The position numbers were made by a program, and so were the translations under genes. The notes under the pieces were generated by a model. The model had not been told where the DNA came from. It saw only the letters and a program-made list of their open reading frames with translations, and searched no databases. This document shows, piece after piece, positions 60,781 to 64,000 of a stretch of DNA of 64,000 bases. Origin of the DNA: an uncultured Poribacteria bacterium (GTDB lineage: Bacteria; Poribacteria; WGA-4E; WGA-3G); assembly GCA_951813565.1 (NCBI GenBank), contig OX638351.1, forward strand, positions 2,016,001 through 2,080,000, read 5' to 3'. The first letter of the stretch is position 1, and every line of letters starts with the position of its first letter.

Positions 60781-61512
60781 TTACACTCCCTTCTTCTTAT
60801 GCCACATCCACTCAAAATTATCCTGTGGTTGAAACCCTAAAATCCGTTTCGTTTTCGCATTTGAGAATTGCTGATGTGGCAAATCCGCGAAGATATTGAA
60901 AATCTCACATTTTGATGGTAGTTTTTCAAGATCAATTTCTAATCCTAATCGAAACGCCTCGCCTGCATCTCGCCAACTGACAGAAAATGGGTTGAGATCA
61001 GTGCCTTCTGCTTCATAATTTAGGTCCTGAAAACTAAGGAACAAATAACAGAGAACATAGAGGTCGTAATTCTCGGTAAAAACTTTGCAGATTTCCTGTC
61101 CAAGTCCTTTAGTTAACGGGTAGAGTCCTGTGCTTGTCTTCGGTGGAACATCTGGGTTAATCTCGTAATCCCAACTTGTATAATCATCACCTTGTATGGT
61201 GAAATGTGGACCGGTATTGATAACACGACGGATACCGTGTTCAACAGCAGCGCGCATCATGTTATAGCATCCACGGGTGCTGACATCAAACGCCAATTGT
61301 CGGTCATGGCGAAGCACTGAGCAGTTGATAATAGTGTCCATTCCCTCTGCTGCACGCAAGACCTGATCTAATGACCCGACATCAATATGCATAGATTCAT
61401 GTTTTGTATCAAGTTCGTTTATGTCTGTTACGCGCAAGGTGTAGTAGGGTTCTAATGCCTTAACAACATGAGGCCCGAGGTATCCGTTTCCACCTAAAAT
61501 AAGAACCTTCAT
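60781..61512 (-). CDS. NAD-dependent epimerase/dehydratase family protein
   Basis: GGNGYLG, YPLTK. Confidence 0.88.
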   Translation of the reverse strand: MKVLILGGNGYLGPHVVKALEPYYTLRVTDINELDTKHESMHIDVGSLDQVLRAAEGMDTIINCSVLRHDRQLAFDVSTRGCYNMMRAAVEHGIRRVINTGPHFTIQGDDYTSWDYEINPDVPPKTSTGLYPLTKGLGQEICKVFTENYDLYVLCYLFLSFQDLNYEAEGTDLNPFSVSWRDAGEAFRLGLEIDLEKLPSKCEIFNIFADLPHQQFSNAKTKRILGFQPQDNFEWMWHKKKGV

Positions 61513-61552
61513 TGCTATATCTTCTCCTGTTTGTGTTGGACAGTATATGTTG

Positions 61553-62260
61553 CTATTTTATTGGTAGCACAAATTGTGGATCGAATTTTAGGTGTCCCTT
61601 CGCTTTGTTGATAGCAAAGCGAGAACCGGGGAACTCCGACTGGATGTGAAAAATGCCCCATCTTGATGGTGCATCAATTGCGCCTTGAAATGCTTCGACT
61701 GCATCGTTTATTCCAAGCCACGTAGAATTGGACTCCGCTTTGGCGGCTTCTTCAGCAGTAATAATAGCACCGAGTCGGAGACATGTTACACTGATTTTCC
61801 TTTCCCGTGCGAATTCTCTGCATGTGAATTCTCCGAGATGTTTTGCAAGCACAAAACCATCAATGCTGGGACGCGGTCTCCAATTCTCTTTAACAGTCCA
61901 ATCTTTACCATGCTGCTCAAACAGACGGAGTGTGCTGGCATAGATGAAATGTTGGACACCTTCTGCCGATGCAGCCATCAACAAGTTATAGGTGCAACGG
62001 GTCTGATAATCAATCTCAAAGTTCTCAGGTTCGTCAGATTTTGCCTTAAGTTCGGGTGGCGTTTCTGCGATATGGACAATGGTGTCCATGCCTTTCACCA
62101 ATTCATTTGTCGACTCGTCGTGCCCTAACGCACTCTGCACAAAATCAAAAATGGTATTAACAGGTTGAAGTTCCGTTAGGCGGACCGTATGTGATTCAGA
62201 TGCAGCTTCTGCTAATCTGCGTGCCAACTCGGAACTTGCTGAAGTAATCAAAACGTTCAT
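61553..62260 (-). CDS. NAD-dependent epimerase-like protein with degenerate motifs
   Basis: Rossmann-type N-terminus lacking the Gly motif; YxxxK replaced by FVLAK. Confidence 0.75.
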   Translation of the reverse strand: MNVLITSASSELARRLAEAASESHTVRLTELQPVNTIFDFVQSALGHDESTNELVKGMDTIVHIAETPPELKAKSDEPENFEIDYQTRCTYNLLMAASAEGVQHFIYASTLRLFEQHGKDWTVKENWRPRPSIDGFVLAKHLGEFTCREFARERKISVTCLRLGAIITAEEAAKAESNSTWLGINDAVEAFQGAIDAPSRWGIFHIQSEFPGSRFAINKAKGHLKFDPQFVLPIK

Positions 62261-62290
62261 AGGTTTTTCTCTTAAAATTGGGTTGTTAAT

Positions 62291-62701
62291 TTACAAAGCT
62301 TCTCGAATTTTCGTAGCAATGTTACTAATTTCTTCAATATTTCCTTCATTCCTCGGTTGCCAAAGTGGCTGCAATGAATCTGCTTCCCACCGTGGAATGA
62401 GGTGTAGATGAAAATGAAAAACAGTCTGAAATCCAGCTGCTTCGTTATTTTGGATAATGTTGAGACCATCTGGATTTAACGCCTCACGGATCGCTGTAGC
62501 GAGTGGTACCACGGCTTCCATAATTTTACTGGCTACTTCTGCGGGTATATCAAAGATATTCCGATAGTGTTGTTTTGGTATAACAACAAGATGTCCGGGA
62601 TTCGCTGGGGAAATGTCCATAAAAGCGAAAACGTGTTCGTTTTCATACACTTTTGCAGCAGGAATTTTGCCCTCAACAATCGCACAAAAGATACATTCCA
62701 T
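62291..62701 (-). CDS. HIT family protein
   Basis: CIFC, GHLVVIPK, HFHLH. Confidence 0.95.
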   Translation of the reverse strand: MECIFCAIVEGKIPAAKVYENEHVFAFMDISPANPGHLVVIPKQHYRNIFDIPAEVASKIMEAVVPLATAIREALNPDGLNIIQNNEAAGFQTVFHFHLHLIPRWEADSLQPLWQPRNEGNIEEISNIATKIREAL

Positions 62702-63417
62702 TAATTTGTATCCTCGCAAGAATTTTGGGTAATTTTAGCAAATTTAGGGTTGAATATCAACAACAAATATGGAGTGAATCTACAAAGGCGTTCAATTTTC
62801 GCTTTTTCATCCGTTCAAGTCGTAAAGTCGCGATTTTGAGATCGTTTCTACCGAAAATGTTACCATACGGTATGTTTTTTCATACCGCGGTATATTTTTG
62901 AAATTCACTATAAACTCAGTCTATGATTGAGTTTAGAATGGTTTTTTATTATGGTATTAATTTTTAATTTAGGACTTCTGCGCCTTTCCCAATTTTTTCA
63001 ATAATTATGGCTAAATTGGTATATTTCTGAGCAGCATTCTGAGTTCCTTGCGTGCTTGCAACTTGTTTGATTCTCTGCCATTTTTGCTAAGTAATTTCAA
63101 CATTCTCTCCGCCCGGTTTTGCGTGGATTTTTGGTTGGGTGTTTTAGGGATCCATTTTGTTTTCTATACTGATATTATACCTGATTCTATGTGGTGATTA
63201 GAAGTTTTTATGGTTTGCTGGACAATAGATATCCAATATATTTCCAATAAGTTCGCCGAAAAAGTTGGGTGTTGATACTTTTTCCATCTCCGCTGAGCGT
63301 GGATTTTGATTTCAGCATGGCGGTTGACGTGTATTTTCGGAATTTTGGCAAAGGAAGAAATTATTGGAGAATTGGATGGCTCTGTGGATTCTATCATTGG
63401 ACTTGATTATTGGATAG

Positions 63418-64000
<583 letters not shown>

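Noticed and set aside
62950..63397. ORF 63164..63397 and neighbouring sequence as a gene or transposase remnant
   Set aside because: No recognisable motif, fragmented frames; cannot support a call

Overview
Bacterial chromosomal window, probably Candidatus Poribacteria or a relative. This is inferred from the gene repertoire (LamG and PD40 exported proteins with a shared C-terminal Trp motif, PhyH dioxygenases, sulfatase, Stf0 sulfotransferase, ECF sigma factors with C-terminal extensions); no taxonomic marker was searched. Core content: tRNA-Ile2(CAT), tRNA-Val(CAC), gatB, transketolase, HIT, partial tgt, many oxidoreductases, a 2167-aa SprA-like outer-membrane protein and a propeller-PP2C sensor. 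Intergenic DNA is full of REP-like hairpins and at least seven MITE-like families, some nested four deep, plus IS630, IS200, IS1595 and IS701-like elements or remnants. Main findings: (1) a hidden UxxC selenoprotein split by the ORF caller, with a SECIS-like hairpin, coupled to a monoheme cytochrome c; (2) two tandem ECF sigma genes that both carry a strong in-frame internal RBS+ATG at codon 209 and a shared ECF-type promoter; (3) a short conserved C-terminal motif on five exported proteins, a candidate sorting signal for the SprA-like translocon; (4) a MITE that targets REP hairpins and is flanked by 19-bp direct repeats; (5) a ~190-nt leader with mutually exclusive hairpins. All functional calls come from motifs read by eye, without database searches.
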